Below are positions 9,054 through 19,033 of a DNA stretch of 26,065 nucleotides, one piece after another. The position numbers and the translations under genes were made by a program. The notes under the pieces were generated by a model. The model was not told where the DNA came from and searched no databases. It was given only the letters and a program-made list of their open reading frames with translations. Source of the DNA: a virus (taxonomy: Duplodnaviria; Caudoviricetes). The DNA lies in IMG/VR virus record IMGVR_UViG_3300042992_000231, positions 1-26,065 of that record, one strand, 5' to 3'. The number at the start of each line of letters is the position of its first letter. Within the stretch, counting starts at the first letter, position 1.

Positions 9054-11012
9054 ATGAGTCAACCCAGCGCCCAAGGCATCGCCTCCCTGTTCCGTGGGAA
9101 CCCAGCACCGCTCCAGCAGCGCATTCAGCAAGAGCAGCAGGGCAAGCCCGGCCTACCCCCAGACTTGCACGAGCTGATGGCATTGAACATCGTCACGAAC
9201 GAAACAGACGCCGTGGCCAAGCAACAGGCCATGGACCAGCTCGCCCAGATGCAGGGGCCGCAAGGCAAGCCCCCCACCGTCATGGATTCCGTGCGCGAGC
9301 AGGCCCGCCAGAAGATGCAAGCCCAGCAAGTTCAAGCCCAGCAAAAGCAACAAGCCATGCAGGCCATGATGCAGCAAGCTGGCCCCGGCCCGGTTCCCGA
9401 AGGGACGCAGTTTGCTGAAGCACAACCTACCGCCCAAGGCATTGACGATCTACCCGTGGAGTTCGGCCTCGCTGGCGGCGGCATCGTTGCATTTCAAAAG
9501 GGCGGTGAGGGCGAATACGAGACGCCGTACGACCGGATGAACCGGAAAAACCGTGAGGAAGCGGAGAGCAAGAAGAAAGACTCCGACAAGCCGTTGGACG
9601 CACAGGCCGCAGCCGACCAAGCTGCTCTTGCCAGTTTGCTGGAAACCCTGCGCGGCGGAAGTGAGTCGGCTGGCCGCGCTATTGCTGACATTGCAACCAT
9701 GGTGCCCCGCAGCTTGGCCAGCGCGTACGATACCGTGGCAGTTCGCCCAATGCGTGCCGCAGGAATAAATGCCGCATATTTGGCTCCGAAGTTGACACCA
9801 GAAGGCGCAAGCACAGGCAGTCCCACTCCGTTTTCGGATGTAAAGCTTGCCCGAGAGGCCAAGAAAGAAGCCGCTACCCCTCAAATGACAAGACCGCAAC
9901 CAACCGAGCAGACATATGTTCGCAAAGCTGGGCCAATGCCCGCAGAAAAGCCAATTGGAGACCTGAAAGCGCTGGCCGAAGCTGATGCGAGAAAGAAGCA
10001 GGCTGCACGTCCACCCGCACCAGTTGCACAAGCACCAGCGCCTGTGGCTGCTGCGCCGACCGCAAGCATGATGCAATCCAACTCCCCATTGGCAGACGAA
10101 GCCCAACGCCTTGATGTCGAGCGCATGCAGGCAGACCCACAGGCTGCTGCGGCCAACAGGGAGGCGATGTACCAGTCTCGTATTGGTGCACCGGACACCA
10201 CGCAGCGCGACGCCATGATTAAGCAGTTGCAAGAAGAGCGTGCCCGGCAGGTCGGCCCACAGGACTCGTTTGGCCAGCTTATGGAGTACCTTGGCCAAAT
10301 CGCTGCTACACCTCGCGGCATGTCCTCGTTCGAAGCTGGCGCTGCTGGTGCCCGTGGCGTGCGCGGCTTGGAAGAACAGCGTGCCCAGAAGCGCTTTGAC
10401 CTTGGCTCCAAGATCATCGAGCAGGAGCAGGGCAAGATCGACGCCTCCCGCCAGTACGCCAAGGAGGTGTACGGTGTTGGAGAGAAGGAGTACGACCGCA
10501 TCTTCAAGGAAAAATACGAAGCCGTTGGTCGTGTCGGAACCACCGAGATGGAGCGGAAAAAGCTTGCTCAGCAGGCCGCTCTTAAAGAGCTGGAGCTGCA
10601 GCAAGAGATGAAACGCAAGGAGATGGAGATTGAGCAGCGCAAGGCCGAAGAGAAGGGCCGTATGGCTCGTGATCGAGTGCCTTTGGAGCAGCAAGTGTTT
10701 GCCGGGTATCTTCGGAAAGCTGGCGGTGATGTTGTGAAGGCAAATGAGTTGATGCGCGAAGCTGGTGTCAATGAAAGAGGGGCCACCCCAACAGACAGGC
10801 TTCGTGCAGCGCAAAGCATTTTGAATGACTATGAAAGCACGGCAGAGGAAAAAGTGATGGCTCGTCGCGAGATCAGCCAAATCATGTCTGGATCGAAAGG
10901 TGCAGCCGCTCCTGCTGGTGGCGGCAAGCCAATCACTAAGGCAGAATATGACAAGCTGCCAAAGGGTGCAACGTACACAGCGCCGGATGGAACACAACGA
11001 ACAAAAGGGTAA
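9054..11012 (+). CDS. Putative internal virion/ejection protein (coiled-coil)
   Basis: 652 aa, AAGGA RBS, Gln/Ala-rich, AGGGIVAF motif, C-terminal LPKGATYTAPDG motif. Confidence 0.65.
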   Translation: MSQPSAQGIASLFRGNPAPLQQRIQQEQQGKPGLPPDLHELMALNIVTNETDAVAKQQAMDQLAQMQGPQGKPPTVMDSVREQARQKMQAQQVQAQQKQQAMQAMMQQAGPGPVPEGTQFAEAQPTAQGIDDLPVEFGLAGGGIVAFQKGGEGEYETPYDRMNRKNREEAESKKKDSDKPLDAQAAADQAALASLLETLRGGSESAGRAIADIATMVPRSLASAYDTVAVRPMRAAGINAAYLAPKLTPEGASTGSPTPFSDVKLAREAKKEAATPQMTRPQPTEQTYVRKAGPMPAEKPIGDLKALAEADARKKQAARPPAPVAQAPAPVAAAPTASMMQSNSPLADEAQRLDVERMQADPQAAAANREAMYQSRIGAPDTTQRDAMIKQLQEERARQVGPQDSFGQLMEYLGQIAATPRGMSSFEAGAAGARGVRGLEEQRAQKRFDLGSKIIEQEQGKIDASRQYAKEVYGVGEKEYDRIFKEKYEAVGRVGTTEMERKKLAQQAALKELELQQEMKRKEMEIEQRKAEEKGRMARDRVPLEQQVFAGYLRKAGGDVVKANELMREAGVNERGATPTDRLRAAQSILNDYESTAEEKVMARREISQIMSGSKGAAAPAGGGKPITKAEYDKLPKGATYTAPDGTQRTKG

Positions 11013-11015
11013 TTT

Positions 11016-14000
11016 ATGGCCACCAATTTCTGGGAAAGCGACGCTGTTGTAAAGAGCGAAAATCAATGGTGGTCGAAAGACCCAGAAGCTGGAGCGGCCA
11101 AGAAAGAGGAGTCCGGCTTTCTCCGGCAGGTGGCCGATGTCCCGCTGAGCATTGGTCGCGGCGCGGCAACCGGTGTGCGCCTGATTGCTGACGCTTTTGG
11201 CGCTGGCTCTGGCGTATCCGAAACCATTAAGGGCGCAGAGGGCTACTTGGCCAGCCTGATGTCCGCTCAAGCCAAGAATGACGAGCGTGAGATTGCTCGC
11301 ATCATGAAGGACGCAGAAGACAAGGGCATGGGCGAACAGGTCAAGGCTGCGTTTCAGGCTTTTGCCACAGCCCCTGTGGACCTTATCTCTCAAGGCCTTG
11401 GCACCGCTGCCCCCGCCATCGTTGGCTTGCTGGGCGGCAAGGTGCTTGGCGCTGGCGCTTTGGGTGCTCGTGCCATCGGAATGGGTGTTGGTGCTGGCAT
11501 GGGTGCCGGTACTGCGAAAAGCGCCATCTACGACGCAACCAAAGAAGAGTTGCTCAAGGCTGGTCTGCCAGAAGCGCAGGCTGAAGAAAAGGCTCAGTTG
11601 GCCCAGTCCTATGGTGGCAAGAACCTCGACCAGATTCTGCTGAGCACAGGCCTTGGCGCATTTGCGTCCGGAACCGGCTTGGAGTCGTCCATCAAGAACA
11701 TCATCTTCAAGGCTGGCGCAAAAGACGCGGCGCAGGAAGTGGCCAAGAAGGGCGTTCTCCAGACGGCCAAGAACCTGACGGGCAAGGCTGCGCTGGAAGG
11801 TCTTCCCGAGATCGCGCAAGGCAGTCAGGAGCAGCTCGCCCAGAACATTGCTCTGCAGCGCGAGGGCTTTGATGTGCCCACCATGCGTGGCGTGGCTGGT
11901 GCTGGTGCGCTTGAAGGCTTGGCCGGTGCTGGCCTTGGTGTTGCCGGTGGCGCTTTTGAGTCGAGTGCTCGCAGTCAGGCTCGCGCAGAGGCTAAGCGCA
12001 TTCTGGAAGAAGAGGACAAGGCCCGGGCAGCCGCCGAGCAGGCTGAAGCAAAACGCTTGGCCGATGCGGAGCGTGCCCGAATTGAGGCTGAAGCTGCCGA
12101 GAAGGCCGCGATTCCTCCGTTGGCGCTTGGCTCTGAGGGCGTGTTCACCCCTGTGGCTCTGCCTGATGGCTCGGTCGCCATGACCCGCGAAGACTTGGCG
12201 CAGTACGAAGAATCGCAATTCCAGAAAAAGTACGCTCCACAAGAAGGTGAAAAACCTTATGCGCCTGCACCATCTTTGACTGGCACAGACATGGCCACTC
12301 TTCTTGCCAAGCGCCCCGGTGAAGGTGGCATGGAAGACCTGATTGCCAGCCGTCGTATAGCAGAAGAGGATGCTCGTGTTGAAGAGATGCGTCGTGCTCG
12401 CGTCTTTCCTGAGGGTGAGCTTGATAAGCAAAACATCTTGCGCACAGACCGTGACGCTGGCTTGATGACAGGTGCGGCTGAGCGCCGCGCTGAGCGTGAG
12501 GCTGCTGAGAAAAAAGAGGAGCAGCGTTTGGCGCGTGTCGCCTCTCAAGAAGAGAAGGCCCGCATCGCACGTCTTGGTGGCATTGAGTCCCCGTTGGTTT
12601 CGGCTGGCCGAGAGAGGTTTACCGAAGCTGCTCGACTGGAAGAAGAGGCCGCTGCCAAACGGGCCGCTGATGAAAAGAAAGCCGCCGAAGCTGAGGCCAA
12701 GGCTGCTCGTTTGCCCGCGCCTGCCGGATTGTCTCAAGCCATGACGGGTGCCCCCGCTGGCGGTGAGTTGGCTACCATGCTGCGCACAAAGCGCGAAGAG
12801 CAGGAAGCCAAAGCTGAGATTCCTCTAGTGGATAACTACCCCTTCTTGCTTGCTGAAAAGCGGCGCTTAGAGGCCGAGCCAAAAACTCCTCAATCTGCAC
12901 AAATGATTTCCAGAATTAACGAGCGTCTTGACTCGATTGTTTTGGACGATGTGAACCGCATGAAAAAGGAATTGGCCGCAACAGAGAAAGCAAAGAAAGA
13001 CCAAGAAAGACAAGCCGCTTCTGAAGCGAAGATGGCGAAGCAAAGCATTTTTGCTCAAGAGCCAATTCCTGAGATGGAGAGTCGTGACGTTATTTTTGGC
13101 AACGAAGCACTGGCTGATCTGCAAGCGCCAACGCTTCCCGGTCAAGAGTTGAGCCGCGAAGAAGCCAGCGCTCTCACAAAAGAAAAAAGAGCGACTTTTG
13201 GCAAGCCCTACAAGACACCCGAAGAGGATCGGCTTGAGCAGGCCGAAATGGATCGTCGTAAGTTTGCTCGCTCCAAAGAATCCAAGAGCGGCACACTGAT
13301 GGACGCTCTGAAGGGCAAGCTTTCAATTGATGCCGTCAGTGATATTGGTGGTCGTCGTGGCCGAGGCTATGAAAGCCTCGTTGCTCCGAAAGGAAAAACA
13401 GGCTCGTCGCTTGAGGATTTGGTTGACGCTGGTGAGTTGGATTCATTCTTGCCTCCAGATGAGCGTGTTGGCATGAGCAATTTTGATTCTCAAAATGCCT
13501 CCAACAAGCTGCGCGATATGCTGAGCGCCGACAAGCAAACACCAACATTTGATGTGCAGGTTGCTCGTCGCGGTCAGGATGATGCAATTTCGGCCCTAGA
13601 AAGTGATGTGGCGGCTGTAAAAGAACCCGCCGTTGTGCAGGCTGAAGTTTCTGGCATCGAGCCCGGCGAAGCTGCGACTGTTGAGCGTGCTGCTGGTGAT
13701 CAGGCTGTGGCCGAAACTGTTGGCGACATCCGCTACAAGCGAGCCACCGGCAAGATCGGCATTGGCAAACAGGCCGTGCAGGACATCGTTGATGCAGTGA
13801 AGTCTCGCTGGGCCAATGCGCCCGAGGTGGTCGTTGCTGAGAGCATGGACGATCCCGTCATCCCGCAAGAGGTGCGCGACCACAACAGGGAGGCCGTTGC
13901 CAAGGGCGCAAAGGGCAGCCCACAGGGCTTCTACTACAAGGGCAAGGCATACATCATTGCTGACTCTATTGGCTCAACCAACGATGCTGTTGAGGCTTTG

Positions 14001-17000
14001 ATGCACGAGGCACTTGGCCACTTCGGTCTGCGTGGCGTGTTCGGTCCAAAGATGGAAGCCGTGCTGCGCGATGTGATTAAGAATCGCCGTGCCGAGGTGG
14101 AGGGCAAAGCTGAGCAGTATGGCCTTGATCCGAAGAGCGACAAGGACATGCTGGAAGCTGCCGAGGAGGTGCTGGCCGTCATGGCTCAGACCAAGCCGGG
14201 CCTGCCTTTCGTCAAGCGTGCGTTGGTCATCATCAGGGACTTCCTGCGCAGCCTTGGCTTCAACATCAAGATGTCCGATGCCGACATCATCCAGAAGTAC
14301 ATCCTGCCTGCTCGCGCCTTTGTGGAGAGCGGCAAGGGTCGCACCACCGAAGGTAAGCCTGCTGCCGCAAGGGATGCTGGAGCCGGTAATCAGATTTACA
14401 AGGACGCCGGAGCCATCGCTGCCATGGATGAGGATGTGCGCGACAACATGGAGGTTGGGCAGGTTCCCGGTGGCTCTGAGGCTTACAACTTGTACGAAGC
14501 AAAGAAGCTGCTGAAGAAGCCTAGCGACAAGCTCAAGCGCGTCACAGACAGCAACTCATTCAGCCTGTGGCAAGACTGGGACTACATCGCAAATGTCGAT
14601 GGCGAGTATTTCGGCGTCAGCAAAGAAGAAGACCCGGATGCCACGGATGACGAGGACGCCTTTGTTTTCTCCTATGCTCGACTCGATGATCCGCGCAACG
14701 TAAAGACCACGTACACATCCGATGTGGGTGTACTGATGTCTGATATTCGCGCCGACTCCATGGGCGGTAAGCCTTCCGCCATGCGTGGCGAAGCTCCAAA
14801 GACCGGCCCCGGCTCGGCGGCATTTGACCGCTGGTTTGGTGACAGCAAGGTGGTGGATGCCGATGGAAATCCAGCGGTGGTGTACCACAAGACAAGAGCA
14901 GACATCAAAGCATTCGACAAAGAAAAGATTGGATCAAGCGACTACGGATACGCTGGCCAAGGCTTTTATTTCATGCCTTTCCCGCTACAGGGCGACACAT
15001 ACGGAAACATCACGATGCCCGTATTTTTGTCTCTGCAGAATCCATTTGTAATTAACGATTCAAATTGGAAGTCTGAAGAGAGCCCTTACGGATGGATTCC
15101 TGCAAATGCTGAGCGTCTTGGTGGCAACAAAGAGGCATCCAAGGCTTGGACGGAAATGATGAAATCAAAAGGCTTTGATGGATTCATGGACAAGACTGGC
15201 AAAGGGGATGGAGAGATTGTTGCCTTTGAACCCACTCAGATCAAATCCGCCACCGGCAATGTGGGCACCTACGATCCCAAGAAGGCCGACATCCGCTACA
15301 GCCGTCAGAACATCAAGGGCCAGCCCGTGCTCGCGCAGTGGACCACGCCCAATGACACCAAGCTGTACGGCGAAACCAACAAGGATGACATCATCTATTC
15401 CCTGCAGAACAAGATGATCGACACCAAGCGCGTGGTGGACGCCATCTCCGCTTCCGCTGGCAAGATCATGGCCAAGTGGAATCCGTACCTGCAGGAAGAG
15501 CTGTTCCACGGTCGCACCGCAAAGCAGACCGCAGACTTTCTCAAGAAAGAATTGCGCCCTCTCATGCAAGACATGAGCACACGCGGCGTGAACATCAAGG
15601 ACTTTGAGGAGTACCTGCACAACCGTCATGCCGAGGACTACAACAAGCACGTTGCCAAGATCGGTGGCATGTCTGATGGCGGCTCCGGTATTGACACCGC
15701 AGATGCTCGCGCTTACCTCGCTGGCCTGACGCCACAGCAGAAGACTGACTTTGAGGCGCTGGCCAAGAAGATGGATGCCATCAATAAGGCCACTCGCGAG
15801 GTTTTGGTAAGCAGCGGTTATGAGACTCGCCAAACGATTAATCAGTGGGAGAAAACATTTCCATTCTATGTTCCACTCAAGCGAGACGAGGCAAAGCTGG
15901 ACTACGCCTACACCGCTGGCGGACTTGGCACCGGACAAGGTTTCGATGTGCGCGGAAAATTCTCTCGGTCGGCAACGGGCTCAGAAAAAGATGTTGTCAA
16001 CATTCTTGCCAATAGCGCCTTGCAGCGAGAGCGTGCCATCATCAAGGCCGAGAAGAACCGCGTGGCGCAGGCCATGTTCGGTTTGGCCCTGCAGAGTCCC
16101 AACCCTGACTTCTGGCTGCCGATTGACCCGATGGCAGAGATTGATCCTTCTGCCGCGCAAGACCTTCTGAGCTTCGGCCTGTCGCAGCAAGACTTGGACT
16201 TCCTGATGAAGGAGCCACGTCAGAAGGCTGTGGACAAGAGCAGCGGTCAGGTGGTCGAGCGCATCAACGCAACGCTGCGCAACAACGAGAACGTGATGTC
16301 GATGCGCTTCAATGGGCGTGATCGGTACGTGTTCTTCAACCCAAACAATCCTCGCTCGAAGAGGATGATTTCTTCGCTCAAGAACTTGGACGCAGATCAG
16401 CTTGGCCCGATCCTTGGCAACCTGTCAAAGATCACCCGCTGGTTCGCTTCGGTCAACACGCAATACAACCCGATCTTCGGCGCCTACAACTTCTTGCGCG
16501 ACGTACAAGGCGCTACGCTGCAGTTGAGCGACACACCCCTTGCCAAGGATAGAAAAGCCGTTGTGGCGGGCACTCTGCCTGCTCTGAAGGGCATCTACTC
16601 CGCCTTGCGTGCTGAGCGCGACGGCACCACGGTGAGCACACCATGGGCCACGCTGTGGAATGAGTTCCAAGAAGAGGGTGGCCAGACAGGTTTCCGAGAT
16701 CAGTTCAGCCGCTCGCAGGAACGCGCAGAGGCTCTTGAGAAAGAGCTGAAAATGGTCACCGAAGGCAAGCTGAAATCCGCTGGCCGTGGCATGCTGAATT
16801 GGCTGAGCGACTACAACGACTCGATGGAAAACGCCGTCCGCTTGTCCGCCTACAAAGCGGCGCTGGATCGCGGCATCGACAAGCAGGAAGCTGCCTCCAT
16901 TGCCAAGAACCTTACGGTGAACTTCAACCGCAAGGGCCAGATCGCCGTTCAAGCTGGTGCGCTGTACGCCTTCTTCAACGCTGCCGTACAGGGTACGACT

Positions 17001-18011
17001 CGCTTGGCTCAGACCCTGCGTGGCCCTGCTGGCAAGAAGATCATGGCCGGCGGTTTGCTGCTGGGCACGATGCAGGCCGCGCTGCTGGCCGCTGCCGGGT
17101 TTGACGACGAGGAACCCCCAGAGTTCGTGCGTGAGCGCAACTTGATCCTGCCCATCGGCGGTGACAAGTACCTGACGTTCCCAATGCCATTGGGCTACCA
17201 CGTCATCCCAAGCACAAGCCGCATCATCACCGAGTGGGCGCTGTCTGGGTTCAAGGACACGCCAGACCGCATTGCTTCGCTGACCGGCATGTACCTTGAG
17301 GCGTTCAACCCCATCGGCAACGCAGGCTGGTCCGCTCAGACCTTGGCCCCAACCTTTGCAGACCCCATCGTGGCGCTGACAGAGAACCGGGATTGGACTG
17401 GCAAGCCGATTGCACGCAAGGACTTCTCCAGCCTCGATCCGACGCCCGGCTACACGCGGGCCAAGGACACGGCGAGCTGGTTCTCTACGCAGTTGGCGAA
17501 GTACCTGAACTACGCATCTGGCGGCACCGAGTTCAAGCCCGGCACCCTGAGCCCCACGCCGGACCAGATCGACTACCTGATTGGCCAAGTGACGGGTGGC
17601 CTTGGCCGTGAGGCACTGAAGGTTGAGCAGACCATCACAAAGACGGCAACCGGTGAAGAGCTGCCGCCCTACAAGATTCCCGTGGTGGGCCGCTTCTACG
17701 GCGAGACCAAGAGCTCCGCTGCTGAGTCCAGTCGGTTTTACAAGAACTTGACTGAGCTCAATGAGCACGAGAACGAGATCAAGGGTCGCCGCGAGAGCAG
17801 GCAGCCCGTTGCTGACTACCTGAAGGACAACCCAGAGGCACGCCTTGCGCCATTGGCCCGCAACACCTACTCTGACATTCAGAAGCTGCGAAAGCGCAAA
17901 GAGCAACTGCTTGAGCGTGACGCGCCTCGTGAGTCGATCAAGCAGGTGGAGGCCATGATCACCAAGAAGATGCAGGCCTTCAACGCCCGGGTTGAGGCCA
18001 TGAAGGAGTAA
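11016..18011 (+). CDS. Large polyvalent (virion-injected) protein: zincin metallopeptidase + ART-PolyVal ADP-ribosyltransferase + LPD38-like C-terminus
   Basis: 2331 aa; HEALGH at 14004-14021; FDRWFGDSKVVD..VVYHKT..GFYF..LQNP..GFDG..EIVAFEPTQIKS at ~14823-15300; C-terminal TVNFNRKG/FFNA..QG/ENRDWTGKPI/SPTPDQIDYL. Confidence 0.85.
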   Translation: MATNFWESDAVVKSENQWWSKDPEAGAAKKEESGFLRQVADVPLSIGRGAATGVRLIADAFGAGSGVSETIKGAEGYLASLMSAQAKNDEREIARIMKDAEDKGMGEQVKAAFQAFATAPVDLISQGLGTAAPAIVGLLGGKVLGAGALGARAIGMGVGAGMGAGTAKSAIYDATKEELLKAGLPEAQAEEKAQLAQSYGGKNLDQILLSTGLGAFASGTGLESSIKNIIFKAGAKDAAQEVAKKGVLQTAKNLTGKAALEGLPEIAQGSQEQLAQNIALQREGFDVPTMRGVAGAGALEGLAGAGLGVAGGAFESSARSQARAEAKRILEEEDKARAAAEQAEAKRLADAERARIEAEAAEKAAIPPLALGSEGVFTPVALPDGSVAMTREDLAQYEESQFQKKYAPQEGEKPYAPAPSLTGTDMATLLAKRPGEGGMEDLIASRRIAEEDARVEEMRRARVFPEGELDKQNILRTDRDAGLMTGAAERRAEREAAEKKEEQRLARVASQEEKARIARLGGIESPLVSAGRERFTEAARLEEEAAAKRAADEKKAAEAEAKAARLPAPAGLSQAMTGAPAGGELATMLRTKREEQEAKAEIPLVDNYPFLLAEKRRLEAEPKTPQSAQMISRINERLDSIVLDDVNRMKKELAATEKAKKDQERQAASEAKMAKQSIFAQEPIPEMESRDVIFGNEALADLQAPTLPGQELSREEASALTKEKRATFGKPYKTPEEDRLEQAEMDRRKFARSKESKSGTLMDALKGKLSIDAVSDIGGRRGRGYESLVAPKGKTGSSLEDLVDAGELDSFLPPDERVGMSNFDSQNASNKLRDMLSADKQTPTFDVQVARRGQDDAISALESDVAAVKEPAVVQAEVSGIEPGEAATVERAAGDQAVAETVGDIRYKRATGKIGIGKQAVQDIVDAVKSRWANAPEVVVAESMDDPVIPQEVRDHNREAVAKGAKGSPQGFYYKGKAYIIADSIGSTNDAVEALMHEALGHFGLRGVFGPKMEAVLRDVIKNRRAEVEGKAEQYGLDPKSDKDMLEAAEEVLAVMAQTKPGLPFVKRALVIIRDFLRSLGFNIKMSDADIIQKYILPARAFVESGKGRTTEGKPAAARDAGAGNQIYKDAGAIAAMDEDVRDNMEVGQVPGGSEAYNLYEAKKLLKKPSDKLKRVTDSNSFSLWQDWDYIANVDGEYFGVSKEEDPDATDDEDAFVFSYARLDDPRNVKTTYTSDVGVLMSDIRADSMGGKPSAMRGEAPKTGPGSAAFDRWFGDSKVVDADGNPAVVYHKTRADIKAFDKEKIGSSDYGYAGQGFYFMPFPLQGDTYGNITMPVFLSLQNPFVINDSNWKSEESPYGWIPANAERLGGNKEASKAWTEMMKSKGFDGFMDKTGKGDGEIVAFEPTQIKSATGNVGTYDPKKADIRYSRQNIKGQPVLAQWTTPNDTKLYGETNKDDIIYSLQNKMIDTKRVVDAISASAGKIMAKWNPYLQEELFHGRTAKQTADFLKKELRPLMQDMSTRGVNIKDFEEYLHNRHAEDYNKHVAKIGGMSDGGSGIDTADARAYLAGLTPQQKTDFEALAKKMDAINKATREVLVSSGYETRQTINQWEKTFPFYVPLKRDEAKLDYAYTAGGLGTGQGFDVRGKFSRSATGSEKDVVNILANSALQRERAIIKAEKNRVAQAMFGLALQSPNPDFWLPIDPMAEIDPSAAQDLLSFGLSQQDLDFLMKEPRQKAVDKSSGQVVERINATLRNNENVMSMRFNGRDRYVFFNPNNPRSKRMISSLKNLDADQLGPILGNLSKITRWFASVNTQYNPIFGAYNFLRDVQGATLQLSDTPLAKDRKAVVAGTLPALKGIYSALRAERDGTTVSTPWATLWNEFQEEGGQTGFRDQFSRSQERAEALEKELKMVTEGKLKSAGRGMLNWLSDYNDSMENAVRLSAYKAALDRGIDKQEAASIAKNLTVNFNRKGQIAVQAGALYAFFNAAVQGTTRLAQTLRGPAGKKIMAGGLLLGTMQAALLAAAGFDDEEPPEFVRERNLILPIGGDKYLTFPMPLGYHVIPSTSRIITEWALSGFKDTPDRIASLTGMYLEAFNPIGNAGWSAQTLAPTFADPIVALTENRDWTGKPIARKDFSSLDPTPGYTRAKDTASWFSTQLAKYLNYASGGTEFKPGTLSPTPDQIDYLIGQVTGGLGREALKVEQTITKTATGEELPPYKIPVVGRFYGETKSSAAESSRFYKNLTELNEHENEIKGRRESRQPVADYLKDNPEARLAPLARNTYSDIQKLRKRKEQLLERDAPRESIKQVEAMITKKMQAFNARVEAMKE

Positions 18012-18025
18012 CTCGGTTACAAGCG

Positions 18026-18085
18026 GCAATCAAAGCGTGGAGATTGCTTTTCGGAAAGTGTAGATTGAAAGTCTGCACTTTCCGA
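18026..18085. terminator. Convergent terminator region between the late and early operons (two hairpins)
   Basis: GCAATC-N10-GATTGC followed by TTTT, then a 16-bp hairpin TCGGAAAGTGTAGATT-GAA-AGTCTGCACTTTCCGA (two G-U pairs). Confidence 0.6.
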
Positions 18086-18100
18086 TAATCGGTTACTTGG

Positions 18101-18376
18101 TTACATGTTTTCCATCACCAGACGGATGGTCTCGTTGAGCGCTGATAGCTCGTCCATCTTGCGCACGGCCCACATCCGCTTCTGTCCATGGATTCCGTTG
18201 AGGCTGCCCCGGTGGCAGTCTGCACACAGGGGCATGCTGGTGAACCACTGGCCCTGCTCGATCTCGTGGCACTCGCTCGGGCCTGATGCACCACACACCA
18301 CGCAGTCCATTTCCTTGATCCGCGTGATGTGCTCCCGCTCCGCAACGGTGGGTGCCTTCTTATTCTTTGACTGCAT
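18101..18376 (-). CDS. HNH-like zinc-finger nuclease (Ref/DUF968-like)
   Basis: CVVC..ECHE..PLCADCH..GIH; start reassigned to MQSKNKK, overlapping the upstream gene end. Confidence 0.7.
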   Translation of the reverse strand: MQSKNKKAPTVAEREHITRIKEMDCVVCGASGPSECHEIEQGQWFTSMPLCADCHRGSLNGIHGQKRMWAVRKMDELSALNETIRLVMENM

Positions 18377-18707
18377 CTTGCTTGCCGATGTCAAAGCCTG
18401 ACCTGAGCCAGAACTGCCGCTCATTCCTCAGTTGCTCGATCTCCTGAATGGAGGCGATCAGAAGGCTCTTGGTGTGGCTTGAGTCCGGCAGTGCTGCCAC
18501 GTTACCCTGAAGGATTTCAACCACGTCCACGCCCTTGCTGGAGCCTTGGCGGGCCACCCACGCGAGCATCTTGTCGATGTTGTGCTTGGCTGCTGCGGCG
18601 TGCGCTTGGATGTTTTGATAGTCCTTGCGGAGCAGCTTCTTCTCAATGGCCTTGAGTTGAATCTCGGCACGCATCATGTGCGCCGCCCAGTCGTCCAGTT
18701 CAATCAT
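18360..18707 (-). CDS. Hypothetical phage protein (115 aa)
   Basis: GGAG RBS, overlaps with its neighbours, IQEIEQLR helix. Confidence 0.7.
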   Translation of the reverse strand: MIELDDWAAHMMRAEIQLKAIEKKLLRKDYQNIQAHAAAAKHNIDKMLAWVARQGSSKGVDVVEILQGNVAALPDSSHTKSLLIASIQEIEQLRNERQFWLRSGFDIGKQDAVKE

Positions 18708-19033
18708 GTTAATTCACTCCCGATGCTTATTAACCAATCGCGAGCCGCCGTATCTGCGGCCTGCTGGTCAGTGTGTGTTCTTGCTCCGTTGAGTATCGCT
18801 TGCAGGTGCGTAATGGCTATACGGGCTGTTGCTTGAATGGCCGCGAACTGCTTGGTGCGAGAAACCGCAATATCCCGCCATTCGGCGTTGCCTTTTTCAA
18901 GCCATTCAAGGTGGTCGATGACCTCCTGCACAAAGTCGAGTCGCACTGAAACCCACTCGGAGTGTGGCCTAGGGTGTGGCCCCAGTGGAATGGCATCAGA
19001 AAATGCTTTTGTCAGGCGTTTGGTGGTGCTCAT
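18704..19033 (-). CDS. Hypothetical phage protein
   Basis: Start MSTTKRL at 19033 overlaps the stop of the upstream gene (ATGA). Confidence 0.65.
   Translation of the reverse strand: MSTTKRLTKAFSDAIPLGPHPRPHSEWVSVRLDFVQEVIDHLEWLEKGNAEWRDIAVSRTKQFAAIQATARIAITHLQAILNGARTHTDQQAADTAARDWLISIGSELT

Noticed and set aside
9450-12737. 1095-aa ORF on the - strand
   Set aside because: Antisense shadow of well-supported + strand genes; no recognisable motifs
16425-18029. 534-aa ORF on the - strand (also 4448-5899 and 2303-3370)
   Set aside because: Antisense shadows expected from GC-rich codon bias
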